A stretch of DNA of 49,188 nucleotides, from the NCBI GenBank assembly GCA_012522535.1, contig JAAYKF010000038.1, forward strand, positions 1 through 49,188, given 5' to 3'. The notes under the pieces are model-generated. The model did no database searches. It saw only the letters and a program-made list of their open reading frames with translations, and was not told the origin of the DNA. Positions 25,096 through 35,191 of the stretch are shown piece by piece. Both the position numbers and the translations under genes were made by a program. Within the stretch, counting starts at the first letter, position 1. Each line of letters begins with the position of its first letter. The DNA comes from Bacteroidales bacterium. Lineage in GTDB: Bacteria > Bacteroidota > Bacteroidia > Bacteroidales > WCHB1-69.

Positions 25096-28000
25096 ATGGA
25101 GCCTTTTCAGATGTTGCTAAAAAAGTACTTTCTGTCTCTTGTTTTCCTCTTTGCGATTTTCATATTAAGTTCGCAAGGTTTTGATAATGAGAAAAATAGA
25201 GTTCTTGTTATCACAAAAGACAAGGAGCAACAAATCGACTCTTTAAGTGTGATTCCAGGGAGTGTGATTTTGTACGACCAAAATGACAAACCTCTCTTCG
25301 TTGATTTTTTCGAAATAGATGAGTTGAAGTCTGTAATTAGGCTTTCTGATGATGCTCCCGCAGATTCTATGGAGGTGAAACTTTCCTACTCCACATTCAA
25401 TTTTAATATTTTTCAGCCTATAAATAGAAAAGACCCCTCTACCATACATGGAGATTTGAGTAATCCACAGGCGGTTTTTAGAATTACACGCGAGGATAGG
25501 CAAAATGTTTGGGATTTTAGAGATTCAGACTTGCATCGCTCTGGAAGCATTTCACGAGGAATTTCCATGGGCAATGCCCAAAATGTGATTGTAAATTCGG
25601 ATATGAACTTACAATTGGAGGGTAAACTTGGTTCTGGTTTCAATATATTAGCAGCTATAACCGATAGAAATATTCCCCTTCAGCCCGATGGCAATACTCA
25701 GCAACTACAAGATTTTGATAAGGTTTTTATAAAAATATATAATGAAAAAACTTCCATTACAGCTGGAGATTTTTCCATAAAAAACAATAGAGATGCTTTG
25801 CTCAAATTCAATAAAAATCTTTTAGGTCTATTTGTAGAACATAGCACCTCTTTTAAAGATAGTTCAAGTTTAAAAGTCTCTTCGGCACTTTCGGTTGCCA
25901 AGGGTAAATATCGCCGTCAGAGCATCACTCCTGTGGAGGGAAATCAGGGACCCTATCGCTTAGTGGGCGAGTCGGGCGAGTCTAATATTGTGATAATTGC
26001 TGGAAGCGAAAAAGTGTATGTTGATGGACTTTTGCAAGAGAGGGGTGAAATGGGCGACTATATAATAGATTATAATATTGGCGAAATTGTTTTCACTGCT
26101 CGTCAGGTTCTAACCAAAGATAGGAGGGTGGTGGTGGAATTTGAATATTCAGATAAGCATTATTCACGTTCGTTGGCTTTTAACGAAGTTGAATTTGAGA
26201 ACAAAAAATCTAAGTCGTATATTAGTTTTTTTCACGAAGGTGATGTTAAAAGTCAATCCATTCAGCCCATACTTTCTGCCCAGCAAAAACAGTTTTTAAG
26301 AGGCATTGGCGATGATGTAAATTCAGCATGGTATCCCAGCTTCGACTCACTTTTATACAATCCCGATGAGGTCAGATATATGATGGTGGATACCCTTGTG
26401 CAGGGTCAAAATTATGACTCAATTTTTGTTTATAGCATCAATCCCGATAACGCAATATATAGGGTCTCTTTTACCTATGTGGGCAAAAACAGGGGGAATT
26501 ATGTGCAAGATATTAGCTCCGCAAATGGTAGGGTTTTTAAGTGGGTTGCTCCATTGGACAATGTCCCACAGGGCGATTTTTCGCCAGAAATTTTGCTGGT
26601 GCCACCACAGAAAAAACAGATGCTGCAAGTGGGTAATGAGACAAAAATTGGGAAACACACAAATATAAATTCAGAATTGGCTTTAAGTCTTTTTGATAAG
26701 AACACCTTTGCCAAAGATAATAAAGATGATGTTTTTGGAACTGCTGCCCGATTTGGGATAACAGACGATAGGGCTTTTATAAAATCAGATACGGCAGAGT
26801 CGTGGCGGATTTCAACAAATTTGAATTATGAGTTTTTATCCCGAAGTTTCGAACCGATTGACCCTTTGCGTGATTTAGAATTTCAAAGAAATTTTGGAAT
26901 TATGTCCGATTCACTTATAGGAAATCAGCATTTTAGCTCTTTGGGAGTGAATGTTTATAAGAAGTCAAATTTTATTAAATCAAATATTTATCAGCTTTCA
27001 AAAGCGAAAGATTTCAAGGCGTGGCAATATGCCTTAAATAGCAATTTGAATCTTGGTCGTTGGACAGTTTTAACCGATGGTTTTATGCTTTTTTCGGATA
27101 ATGAGAGTGAAGAAAATAAATTCTTGAAAAATCATGCATCTCTAAGTTATGATTTTGGCAAAATTGCCCTTGGAACCAATTGGAGGGTGGAAAATCAGCA
27201 AATTAGAGACTCTCAAACCGATTCACTAAAAGAGAATAGTTTTGCCTTTTCCGAAATAGAATTTATGATAAAACAGGGCAGTAATTTTAACGGAAATTTT
27301 ATGCTTTATGCCAATTTCAGAAATGATGAAAAGGTACATTTAAACTCTTTGGAACACTATTCAAACATGCAAGAATATGGTTTGAAAATTTCCAATTTGA
27401 GTAATAAAAACCATTCAATTTCTACTAATATATTATATAGGGAGAGAAATTATTCCAATAATTTTGAAAAATCGGAATATGTATTTGGGTCAAATTTAGA
27501 TTATTCTGCAAGTTTGTTTGACAAAGCATTGAGACTCAATACGTTTTATGAAGCGGCAAGTGGTCAGGAGCCTAAAAAAGAGTACTATTTCCTAAAAGTG
27601 GCAAAAGGTACTGGCGATTATGTTTGGTTTGATTATAATGAAAACGGCGTTCAGGAGTTGGACGAGTTTGAGCAAGCATTTTACTCAGATCAAGGGGAGT
27701 ATGTGAAACTTTGGCGAATTACCAATGATTTTATCAGCACGTATAATAGCAAATATAGCCAGAGTTTACAAGTTTCGGCACCCCAATCTTGGAAGAAAAA
27801 AAGTGGTTTTAAAAAATTTATTTCCCGATTTTCCAATCAGACAAATTACAGAATTGAGAAAAAATTACAGTCAAATCCCTTGAGTGCATACAATCCCTTT
27901 GTGGCAGATTTGCCCGACTCACTGTTGGTTACAAGTTTGCAGTCGTTGCGAAATGTTTTTTCCATAAATCAAGGCAGTCCGCTGTGGAGCAATGAGTTTA

Positions 28001-28581
28001 TTTACAACGAAAACAAGTCGAAAGTTTTTTTAACTAATGGATTTGAAAACAGAGAATTTAACTCATTTTCCAATGTTTTTAGGCTTAATGTTTTTAAGAA
28101 GCACAGTTTGCGTAATGAATTGGGTATAAGCGAGAAAGCCTATGGTTCAGAGCAGTTTGAAAATAGAAATTACAACATTGTAGGTAATTATATTGAGCAG
28201 TCGTTTATATCGCTTTTATCTTCAAATTTCAGATTTACAATTCTCTATAAATATTCCGAAAAGCAAAACACATTGTCTGTGGAAAGAGAGCAGCTTTTTG
28301 CAAACCTTTTATCGGCAGAAGCCACATTAAATGTAGTCAGCAAGGCTATGATTAATTTCAAAACATCGTATGTAAAAAATGTAATCAGCAATTCGTCCAA
28401 TCAATCTTTAGTTTTCGAGATGTTGGAAGGTTTGAACGAAGGGCATAATTTTATATTGAATTTGGCTATTCAATCGGCCATAGGCGAAAATATGCAGTTG
28501 AGTTTTAGCTACGAAGGAAGGAAAAGTTTGACATCAAGATTTATACACATCGGGAATGTTTCCGTTAGAGCTTATTTTTAA
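25096..28581 (+). CDS. large predicted outer-membrane beta-barrel protein of unknown family
   Basis: Signal peptide (LLKKYFLSLVFLFAIFILSSQG). 1161 aa rich in N/S/Y/F with alternating patterns. Terminal ..NVSVRAYF is an OMP beta-signal ending in Phe. The start may be the ATG at 25111, given the promoter position. Confidence 0.55.
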   Translation: MEPFQMLLKKYFLSLVFLFAIFILSSQGFDNEKNRVLVITKDKEQQIDSLSVIPGSVILYDQNDKPLFVDFFEIDELKSVIRLSDDAPADSMEVKLSYSTFNFNIFQPINRKDPSTIHGDLSNPQAVFRITREDRQNVWDFRDSDLHRSGSISRGISMGNAQNVIVNSDMNLQLEGKLGSGFNILAAITDRNIPLQPDGNTQQLQDFDKVFIKIYNEKTSITAGDFSIKNNRDALLKFNKNLLGLFVEHSTSFKDSSSLKVSSALSVAKGKYRRQSITPVEGNQGPYRLVGESGESNIVIIAGSEKVYVDGLLQERGEMGDYIIDYNIGEIVFTARQVLTKDRRVVVEFEYSDKHYSRSLAFNEVEFENKKSKSYISFFHEGDVKSQSIQPILSAQQKQFLRGIGDDVNSAWYPSFDSLLYNPDEVRYMMVDTLVQGQNYDSIFVYSINPDNAIYRVSFTYVGKNRGNYVQDISSANGRVFKWVAPLDNVPQGDFSPEILLVPPQKKQMLQVGNETKIGKHTNINSELALSLFDKNTFAKDNKDDVFGTAARFGITDDRAFIKSDTAESWRISTNLNYEFLSRSFEPIDPLRDLEFQRNFGIMSDSLIGNQHFSSLGVNVYKKSNFIKSNIYQLSKAKDFKAWQYALNSNLNLGRWTVLTDGFMLFSDNESEENKFLKNHASLSYDFGKIALGTNWRVENQQIRDSQTDSLKENSFAFSEIEFMIKQGSNFNGNFMLYANFRNDEKVHLNSLEHYSNMQEYGLKISNLSNKNHSISTNILYRERNYSNNFEKSEYVFGSNLDYSASLFDKALRLNTFYEAASGQEPKKEYYFLKVAKGTGDYVWFDYNENGVQELDEFEQAFYSDQGEYVKLWRITNDFISTYNSKYSQSLQVSAPQSWKKKSGFKKFISRFSNQTNYRIEKKLQSNPLSAYNPFVADLPDSLLVTSLQSLRNVFSINQGSPLWSNEFIYNENKSKVFLTNGFENREFNSFSNVFRLNVFKKHSLRNELGISEKAYGSEQFENRNYNIVGNYIEQSFISLLSSNFRFTILYKYSEKQNTLSVEREQLFANLLSAEATLNVVSKAMINFKTSYVKNVISNSSNQSLVFEMLEGLNEGHNFILNLAIQSAIGENMQLSFSYEGRKSLTSRFIHIGNVSVRAYF

Positions 28582-28980
28582 TCTATTTTTAGGGGTTTTT
28601 AAGACTTGAAATCAAAAAATGTGTTAAAACGTAAATGTTTCGAGTGTAATTTATAACGTCTCTAAATAGGGCTCTTTTACAAGTGATATTTTGAATGAAT
28701 AGTAGAATAACTTGTCAATTTCCGCCTTATTGTTAATTGTCTAACAGTTGTATTATGTTGATAATTAGCCCGATATGATAGCTTGAAAAATAAAATCACA
28801 ATAAGTCGTATAAAATTGCAACAAAAAATATAAGATTGATGTATAATATAATAAGTGAAGTTGGAAATAGTTTGAAAAAGAAAAGAGATGAAATTTATCA
28901 ACATTTATTTGTTAGTTTCAAAAAAATGTACTTATTTTATGGTTTGTTTTTAACAAAGGTGTCATAAAACAGGAAAGAAT

Positions 28981-29970
28981 ATGAGAAAAATATACATTGT
29001 ATTATTGCTTTTAATGCCTGCACTGGCGGTACTTGGTCAGCAAGAGACCCAGTTTACGCAACATCAGTATGCCATTCTTCCATTTAACCCCGGTTATGCA
29101 GGAAGTAGTGGTGCAATTTGTGCGGGGACACTTTTTCGTCAGCAGTGGGAAGGTTTCAAGGAGTTTAATCCAAATACAAATGCCTTTGAAAAGACTTCAC
29201 CACAAACAATTTTATTCACCATTGATGCACCAGTTAAGCTTTTGAGAGGTGGGCTGGGTTTGAGTATAATTAAAGATAAGCTTGGATATGAAGACAATAT
29301 TGGTGTGAAGTTGGGCTATGCATACAGACTAAATATTGGTATGGGAACCTTAGGTATTGGTTTGCAAGCAGGCTTTTTGAACAAGAAAATAGATTTCACA
29401 AGATTTGTAGCCATCGAAGAGGGCGACCCTCGTTTGATGGGAAGAAACGTTGAAAGTGATATGATATTTGATATGTCTTTTGGTTTGTTCTACCGTGTTC
29501 CCGGGCAATTTTATGCAGGAATAGCTTCTACACAAATGTTAGAGCAAGAGGGTGGACAGTCTGCGACAGGCATTGAACTAAAGCGTCACTATTTTATAAA
29601 TGGAGGTTATGAATGGGTATATCCCTACAATCCAAGTTTTGTTTTTGAACCTTCAGTATTTATAAAGACAGACTTTGTATCGGCACAATATGATGTTTCA
29701 GTAATAGCAAAATATAACAATCAGTTTTGGGGTGGTTTAAGCTATCGTTTTCAAGATGCGGTGGCTATGGTTATGGGTGTGAGCCCATTTGAGACAGGTC
29801 CAATGTCTGGTTTAAAGATAGGATATTCATATGACTTCACCACTTCAGACTTAGGTAGAAAAGGCAGAAGTAGAGGTGGACACGAGGTTATGTTGAGATA
29901 TTGTTTTAATATTGTAAGACCTCCAGTATTCCATAGTTATAAAAATACTAGGATGTTAGGAAACTTTTAG
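28981..29970 (+). CDS. porP: type IX secretion system membrane protein PorP/SprF family
   Basis: The signal peptide followed by GQQETQFTQHQYAILPFNPGYAGS is the hallmark N-terminus of PorP/SprF. Position directly upstream of gldK. Confidence 0.85.
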   Translation: MRKIYIVLLLLMPALAVLGQQETQFTQHQYAILPFNPGYAGSSGAICAGTLFRQQWEGFKEFNPNTNAFEKTSPQTILFTIDAPVKLLRGGLGLSIIKDKLGYEDNIGVKLGYAYRLNIGMGTLGIGLQAGFLNKKIDFTRFVAIEEGDPRLMGRNVESDMIFDMSFGLFYRVPGQFYAGIASTQMLEQEGGQSATGIELKRHYFINGGYEWVYPYNPSFVFEPSVFIKTDFVSAQYDVSVIAKYNNQFWGGLSYRFQDAVAMVMGVSPFETGPMSGLKIGYSYDFTTSDLGRKGRSRGGHEVMLRYCFNIVRPPVFHSYKNTRMLGNF

Positions 29971-30035
29971 AAGATAGTTACGTATAATAAAAATGATAAT
30001 ACATGCGTTTTATAAATAATAAATCAGGAGCAAGC

Positions 30036-31481
30036 ATGAAAAAATACATTATTCCATTAATAGCAGTAGTTCTTTTATCGTCGTGTGGAAACCGCGGAAA
30101 TGGAGAACTAACAGGTGTGAAAAACCGTCCAGTATATACAGCAGAAGATCCATATGGAATGTTGCATATACCAATGGGTAGTTATCACATGGGTACAGGT
30201 GATGAAGATATTCCATATGCCATGAATCATCAATCTAAGGTTGTTACGGTTCAAGCTTTTTATATGGACGAAACAGAAATTACAAACAATGAATATCGTC
30301 AATTTGTTGAGTGGGTACGCGACTCATTAGCTCACCACTTTCTGGGAAGACAACTTGACGAGTCAGAAAATGAGCACTTCTTGAAACATAAAAAAGGAGA
30401 TAATGAAGGAGACTTCATAGAACCAATATTAATCAACTGGAAAGAGAAAATCGATTGGGAAAATCCAGATGAAGACTATCAAGAAGCCTTAGCTCCACTT
30501 TTTGTGAATATTACAGATAAACGCTTTTACCACTATAGACAAATTGAATTAAATACACAAATATTAGATTATGAATATTGGTGGATAGACCACAGAAATT
30601 TCAGAGGACAAATTGAAGACTATGATGGAATTCGCGATGGAATGGGTGGCTCATACAAAGAGTTTGATGTGGAAGATTCCAAAACTCGTTTCAAAGGTTT
30701 ATATTCCAATCGCCCCACGGGATATAATCAAGGAAAAGGTGCTTTTATCCGCCATGAAATTGTAAATATTTATCCTGATACTTTGGCATGGATTCACGAT
30801 TTTACATACTCGTTCAACGAGCCTATGACAGCCAATTATTTCTGGCATCCTGCCTACGACCACTATCCAGTGGTAGGAGTTAGCTGGCGTCAGGCAAAGG
30901 CTTTTAGCCATTGGAGAACACAACTTAGAAATTCATGGTTGATTTCACAAAATGAGTGGATGTTCGAAAATGATTTCAGACTACCCAACGAAGCTGAGTG
31001 GGAATGGGCTGCCAGAGGTAGCTTTGCCATGAGTGCTTTCCCATGGGGTGGACCATATCCAAGAAATGCAAATGGCTGTTTCTTAGCCAACTACAAACCC
31101 GGACGTGGTAACTACATTGATGATGGTGGATTCCACACATTGATAGTTGGACACTACGCACCCAATGATTTTGGTCTATACGACATGGCCGGAAACGTAG
31201 CAGAATGGTGTGAAGATGCCTTTGAAGAATCGGCTTATAATTTTGCACACGACCTAAATATGCAATATTCATATTCAGCCATAGAAACAGACGGCATTGC
31301 GAAGAAACGTAAAGTTATCCGTGGAGGATCGTGGAAAGATGTTGGATATTACATCACTAATTATGCCAGAACATACGAATATCAAGATACTGGAAAATCG
31401 TATATTGGTTTTAGAAATGTTCAAACATTCTTAGGACGACAAAAAGGCGATAATATGAATAGTGCATCACACGTTTATTAA
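30036..31481 (+). CDS. gldK: gliding motility / T9SS lipoprotein GldK (PorK), FGE-sulfatase-like domain
   Basis: Lipoprotein signal MKKYIIPLIAVVLLSSCG. FGE/SUMF1-like motifs (PVVGVSWRQAKAF, LPNEAEWEWAARG, RGGSW). An upstream in-frame ATG at 30003 is also possible. Confidence 0.9.
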   Translation: MKKYIIPLIAVVLLSSCGNRGNGELTGVKNRPVYTAEDPYGMLHIPMGSYHMGTGDEDIPYAMNHQSKVVTVQAFYMDETEITNNEYRQFVEWVRDSLAHHFLGRQLDESENEHFLKHKKGDNEGDFIEPILINWKEKIDWENPDEDYQEALAPLFVNITDKRFYHYRQIELNTQILDYEYWWIDHRNFRGQIEDYDGIRDGMGGSYKEFDVEDSKTRFKGLYSNRPTGYNQGKGAFIRHEIVNIYPDTLAWIHDFTYSFNEPMTANYFWHPAYDHYPVVGVSWRQAKAFSHWRTQLRNSWLISQNEWMFENDFRLPNEAEWEWAARGSFAMSAFPWGGPYPRNANGCFLANYKPGRGNYIDDGGFHTLIVGHYAPNDFGLYDMAGNVAEWCEDAFEESAYNFAHDLNMQYSYSAIETDGIAKKRKVIRGGSWKDVGYYITNYARTYEYQDTGKSYIGFRNVQTFLGRQKGDNMNSASHVY

Positions 31482-31574
31482 TTCGAATTATATACATTAA
31501 ATATATAAGAGATTTTTAGGAGCATATAAATCAAAAACTATTAATTAAAATCATTAACTTAAAAAAAAATTATT

Positions 31575-32477
31575 ATGGGATTCATGGACGTTTTTAAAAG
31601 TAAAGGTTACAGACAGTTTATGTCATACTTATACGGATGGGGAGCAGCTTTGGTAATTGCAGGTGCTTTGTTTAAAATTATGCACTATCCCGGAGCAGGT
31701 CCAATGTTGTTATTAGGTATGGGAACTGAAGCTTTGATTTTCTTTATGTCGGCATTTGAGCCGCTACACGTTGAGTACGACTGGACACTTGCTTATCCAG
31801 AGCTAGCAATGGGCGAAGAAGCAACTGATGTTAAAGTAAGTCAAAAAAGAAGAGAAACATCAGGTTTAACAGTTACTCAAGAGCTAGATAATATGTTATC
31901 TGAAGCGAAAATAGGTCCAGAGTTAATTGAAAGCCTAGCAACAGGAATGCGAAATCTGGGTGAAAATGCTAATAAACTTTCTGGTATATCAGATGCAGCA
32001 GTTGCTACTGATTCGTATGTAACGAATTTAACAAGAGCTGCCGAGTCTGTGCGTAGCCTATCAGCTGCATACGACAAAACATCAGAAGCATTGTCAAAAG
32101 ACTCAGGTGCATCAGAAGCATACATTAATAATGTACAAAAAGCAGCAGGTGCAGTTGGACAGCTAGCAACAATTTATGAAGAAACAATTAATAGTATTCA
32201 ATCGGATACAGGTTCGTATAATTCGCAACTACAACAACTATCGAAAAACTTATCTGCTATAAACGCAGCTTACGAAATTCAGTTGCAAAATACGCAATCG
32301 CACGTAGATTTAACTAACTCAATAGAAGCAAATATCCAAAAGTTTGCCACTAACTTAGATGAGTCAGTTGATAATACATTGAAATATAAGGAGCAAATTG
32401 ACAGTTTAACTAAGAATGTTAGCATGCTTAATACCGTATATGGTAACATGTTGTCAGCTATGAATGTAGGTAGATAA
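31575..32477 (+). CDS. gldL: gliding motility / T9SS protein GldL (PorL)
   Basis: YGWGAALVIAGALFKIMHYPGAGPMLLLGMGTEALIFFMSAFEP is the two-TM GldL signature including the conserved Glu. A Gln/Ala/Ser-rich helical C-terminal part follows. Confidence 0.9.
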   Translation: MGFMDVFKSKGYRQFMSYLYGWGAALVIAGALFKIMHYPGAGPMLLLGMGTEALIFFMSAFEPLHVEYDWTLAYPELAMGEEATDVKVSQKRRETSGLTVTQELDNMLSEAKIGPELIESLATGMRNLGENANKLSGISDAAVATDSYVTNLTRAAESVRSLSAAYDKTSEALSKDSGASEAYINNVQKAAGAVGQLATIYEETINSIQSDTGSYNSQLQQLSKNLSAINAAYEIQLQNTQSHVDLTNSIEANIQKFATNLDESVDNTLKYKEQIDSLTKNVSMLNTVYGNMLSAMNVGR

Positions 32478-32526
32478 GATGTCGTTCTGTTAATTAAACA
32501 ATGTTAAACTAAGAAAATAAAATAAT

Positions 32527-34158
32527 ATGGGAGCAAGTAATTGTCCGGAAACCCCCCGACAAAAGTTGATAGGGATGATGTACCTCGTTTTGACTGCTCT
32601 TTTGGCACTAAACGTGTCTAAAGACATTCTTGACGCCTTCGGTACAGTTGATGAGACCCTGACGAAAACAAATGAAAATTTCGAAAGAAAAGTAAATTCT
32701 ACATATAATCAATTTGCTATGGCTAAGGAAATGCAACCAGAAAAAGCAGGTCCTTACTATGAAAAAGCATTGATAGTGCAAAAGCATACCAATGAAATGG
32801 TAGGTTTTATTAATGAGTGTAAATGGGAAGTAATTGCCAGTACCGAAGGAATTTCTTTGGAAGAAGCAAAAGAAAGAACAGTATATACACTGCTTAATAA
32901 AGATAATAAAGATAAGCCTCAGCTATACTTCCTTGGAAAAGGAGGAAGCGGTGGTAAAGGTCATGAGTTACAAGAAAAGATAGAGAACTATAAAGCAAGC
33001 CTTCTCGAACTAGTTGATGAAAAGCAAAGAGATGGGATGTCTGCAAAAATTGGGCTCGACACAAAAGGACCCTTCTATAATAGTAGTAAAGATGAAATAT
33101 CATGGGTAAATGCTAACTTCCATCAAACAATTTTGGCAGCAGCAGTAACGCTATTGAACAAAATGATTGGAGAAGTGAAAAATGCCGAATTTGACATGGT
33201 TACGCATTTAATGACCGCTATTACTGCCGACGACTTCACCTTCGACCAAGTTAGTGCTAAGGTTATTCCAGTTTCTAAATTAGTCTTTTCGGGCTCCGAG
33301 TTTGAAGCAGATATTATAGTTGCTGCTTTCGACTCTAAAACCAGCCCTGAAGTTTATTGGAAAGCTGGAATAGACACACCAGACGAAGCACACATTAGCT
33401 CGTATAATAAAATTGAAGGTGATAGTGGAATCGTAAAACTTAAAATCCCCGCTTCAGGAATGGGAGAGCAAAAGTTTGCTGGATTTATTAAAATGTTGGC
33501 TCCAGACGGAACAGATAAGTTCTATCCCTTTAGCGAAACTTATTCAGTTGCTAAATCGCAAGCTACAGTTGCAGCCGAAAGAATGAACGTGCTTTATGCA
33601 GGTTTAGACAACCCAATTTCAGTATCGGCACCAGTAGCACCTGAAAAAATTAGAATTAGTGGAGGTGGATTGTCATTTAGAGGTTCAGCTGGTAAATATG
33701 TAGTTACACCACCAGCAAATATGATAGGTAAAAAAGTGAATATTACAGCAAGTGCTGATGTAGGTGGAAAAACACAATCATTAGGTGGAACCGAGTTCCG
33801 TATTATGAACGTACCCCCACCAGTAACAAGCATTGGTGGTAGCATACGCTCAGGATCGCACTCAGCATCTATAATTGCAGCCAACCCATTCGTTGCAGCA
33901 CTAACACCTGACGGATTTGCTTTTGACCTGAAATGGAGAGTTACAGGATTTACAATGATTGTTGGTAAAGGTAGAAACGAAACCGTTTACTCAACATCTG
34001 GTCCTAGCTTCTCAGCAGCAATGACTAGCGCAATTAGATCTGCACAACCCGGCGAAACTATTATTATACACAATATTAAAGTTACTGCCAGCGTTGATGG
34101 TAAAGCAGTTAATGTTAACCCAGGACAGATTCCAAATATAGGTATTAGAATTAGATAA
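32527..34158 (+). CDS. gldM: gliding motility / T9SS protein GldM (PorM)
   Basis: PRQKLIGMMYLVLTALLALNVSKDILDAF N-terminal TM signature of GldM. 543 aa. Confidence 0.9.
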   Translation: MGASNCPETPRQKLIGMMYLVLTALLALNVSKDILDAFGTVDETLTKTNENFERKVNSTYNQFAMAKEMQPEKAGPYYEKALIVQKHTNEMVGFINECKWEVIASTEGISLEEAKERTVYTLLNKDNKDKPQLYFLGKGGSGGKGHELQEKIENYKASLLELVDEKQRDGMSAKIGLDTKGPFYNSSKDEISWVNANFHQTILAAAVTLLNKMIGEVKNAEFDMVTHLMTAITADDFTFDQVSAKVIPVSKLVFSGSEFEADIIVAAFDSKTSPEVYWKAGIDTPDEAHISSYNKIEGDSGIVKLKIPASGMGEQKFAGFIKMLAPDGTDKFYPFSETYSVAKSQATVAAERMNVLYAGLDNPISVSAPVAPEKIRISGGGLSFRGSAGKYVVTPPANMIGKKVNITASADVGGKTQSLGGTEFRIMNVPPPVTSIGGSIRSGSHSASIIAANPFVAALTPDGFAFDLKWRVTGFTMIVGKGRNETVYSTSGPSFSAAMTSAIRSAQPGETIIIHNIKVTASVDGKAVNVNPGQIPNIGIRIR

Positions 34159-34184
34159 TACCATTAAAATAAATGGAGGTTATT

Positions 34185-35168
34185 ATGAAAAAAATTGGAT
34201 TATTACTATTATTGGCACTCTTTACAGCAAATGTATTTGCACAAGAAGATTATGAATATGACTATAATTATGATCAAACTGAAAGCGAATACCAAACAGA
34301 AGAAGAGCCAGAACGAGTAGCAATACGTAAGCCAATAGATGGTATTTACGAAACAACCCACAATAGGCACAGAGAGCCAATATCTTATGTACACCTAAGA
34401 GAGGCAGATGCTATGTGGTCGAAAAAAATATGGAGAAGAATTGACCTCCGCGAAAAAATTAATCATCCATTACATTTTCCCAACAAAGGAAGTTTAATAG
34501 ATCCAACTACGCAAGGAAATTGGCTAAGCTTCTGGGATGTATTGTTTATGTCGGTGGACTCAACAGAGGCAAATCCCAACCCGTTAATGGTTTATTTTGA
34601 TGAGTTTTGCAACATACCAATTTCGTACACAGAGTTTCTATCTAAGCTTGGTACAATGCAAAGAATAGAAATACGAGACCCAGAAGACCCATCAATCATC
34701 CTTGAAGTTAGAGAAGAAATTGAACCACTTCGTAAATCAAAATTCTTAGCAATTGATATGAAAGAAGTTTGGTTCTTCGAAAAACAAAGGTCTGTTCTAG
34801 ATGTCAGAATGATAACCTTCCAACCAATGTTGTGGAAAGAACCTGAGTCAGCATCTATACAAGTTGAAGGACTTGATGATATGATTTATGATGAAGTGCC
34901 TCGTGGCGTAGGCTGGATACACTTCCCCGAAGCAAGACCAGTGTTGGCAGCCAACGATGCTTTCAACACCTTCAACACCTCTGAAAGAAAAACTTATGAC
35001 GATATTTTCTGGAAAAGAATGTTCTCAAGCTTCGTACAAAAAGAAGAAAATATCTACAATAATCGTGATATCAGAGACTTTATCCTAAACGGTATGGATC
35101 AGGTGCTTGAATCAGAAAGAATAACCGACGAAATTAGAAAGTTCGAACACAATATGTGGGACTTCTAA
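34185..35168 (+). CDS. gldN: gliding motility / T9SS protein GldN (PorN)
   Basis: Signal peptide, position after gldM, ~325 aa, GldN-like core (..WSKKIWRRIDLREKINHPL..). An alternative ATG is at 34173. Confidence 0.8.
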   Translation: MKKIGLLLLLALFTANVFAQEDYEYDYNYDQTESEYQTEEEPERVAIRKPIDGIYETTHNRHREPISYVHLREADAMWSKKIWRRIDLREKINHPLHFPNKGSLIDPTTQGNWLSFWDVLFMSVDSTEANPNPLMVYFDEFCNIPISYTEFLSKLGTMQRIEIRDPEDPSIILEVREEIEPLRKSKFLAIDMKEVWFFEKQRSVLDVRMITFQPMLWKEPESASIQVEGLDDMIYDEVPRGVGWIHFPEARPVLAANDAFNTFNTSERKTYDDIFWKRMFSSFVQKEENIYNNRDIRDFILNGMDQVLESERITDEIRKFEHNMWDF

Positions 35169-35191
35169 TTTGTGAGAAAATTTTTTAAAAA

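Noticed and set aside
28677-28904. 75-aa minus-strand ORF in the porP leader (MLINFISFLFQTISNF...), possibly a small membrane protein.
   Set aside because: It is antisense to both flanking same-direction units, with no -7 box upstream on its strand. Its composition (I/F/Y/N/L) is what random AT-rich sequence yields. Not reported as a gene.
34242-34313. Acidic Tyr-rich stretch QEDYEYDYNYDQTESEYQTEEEPE right after the GldN signal peptide.
   Set aside because: It is probably a low-complexity linker. No repeat structure at the DNA level and no known motif, so it is not enough for a finding.
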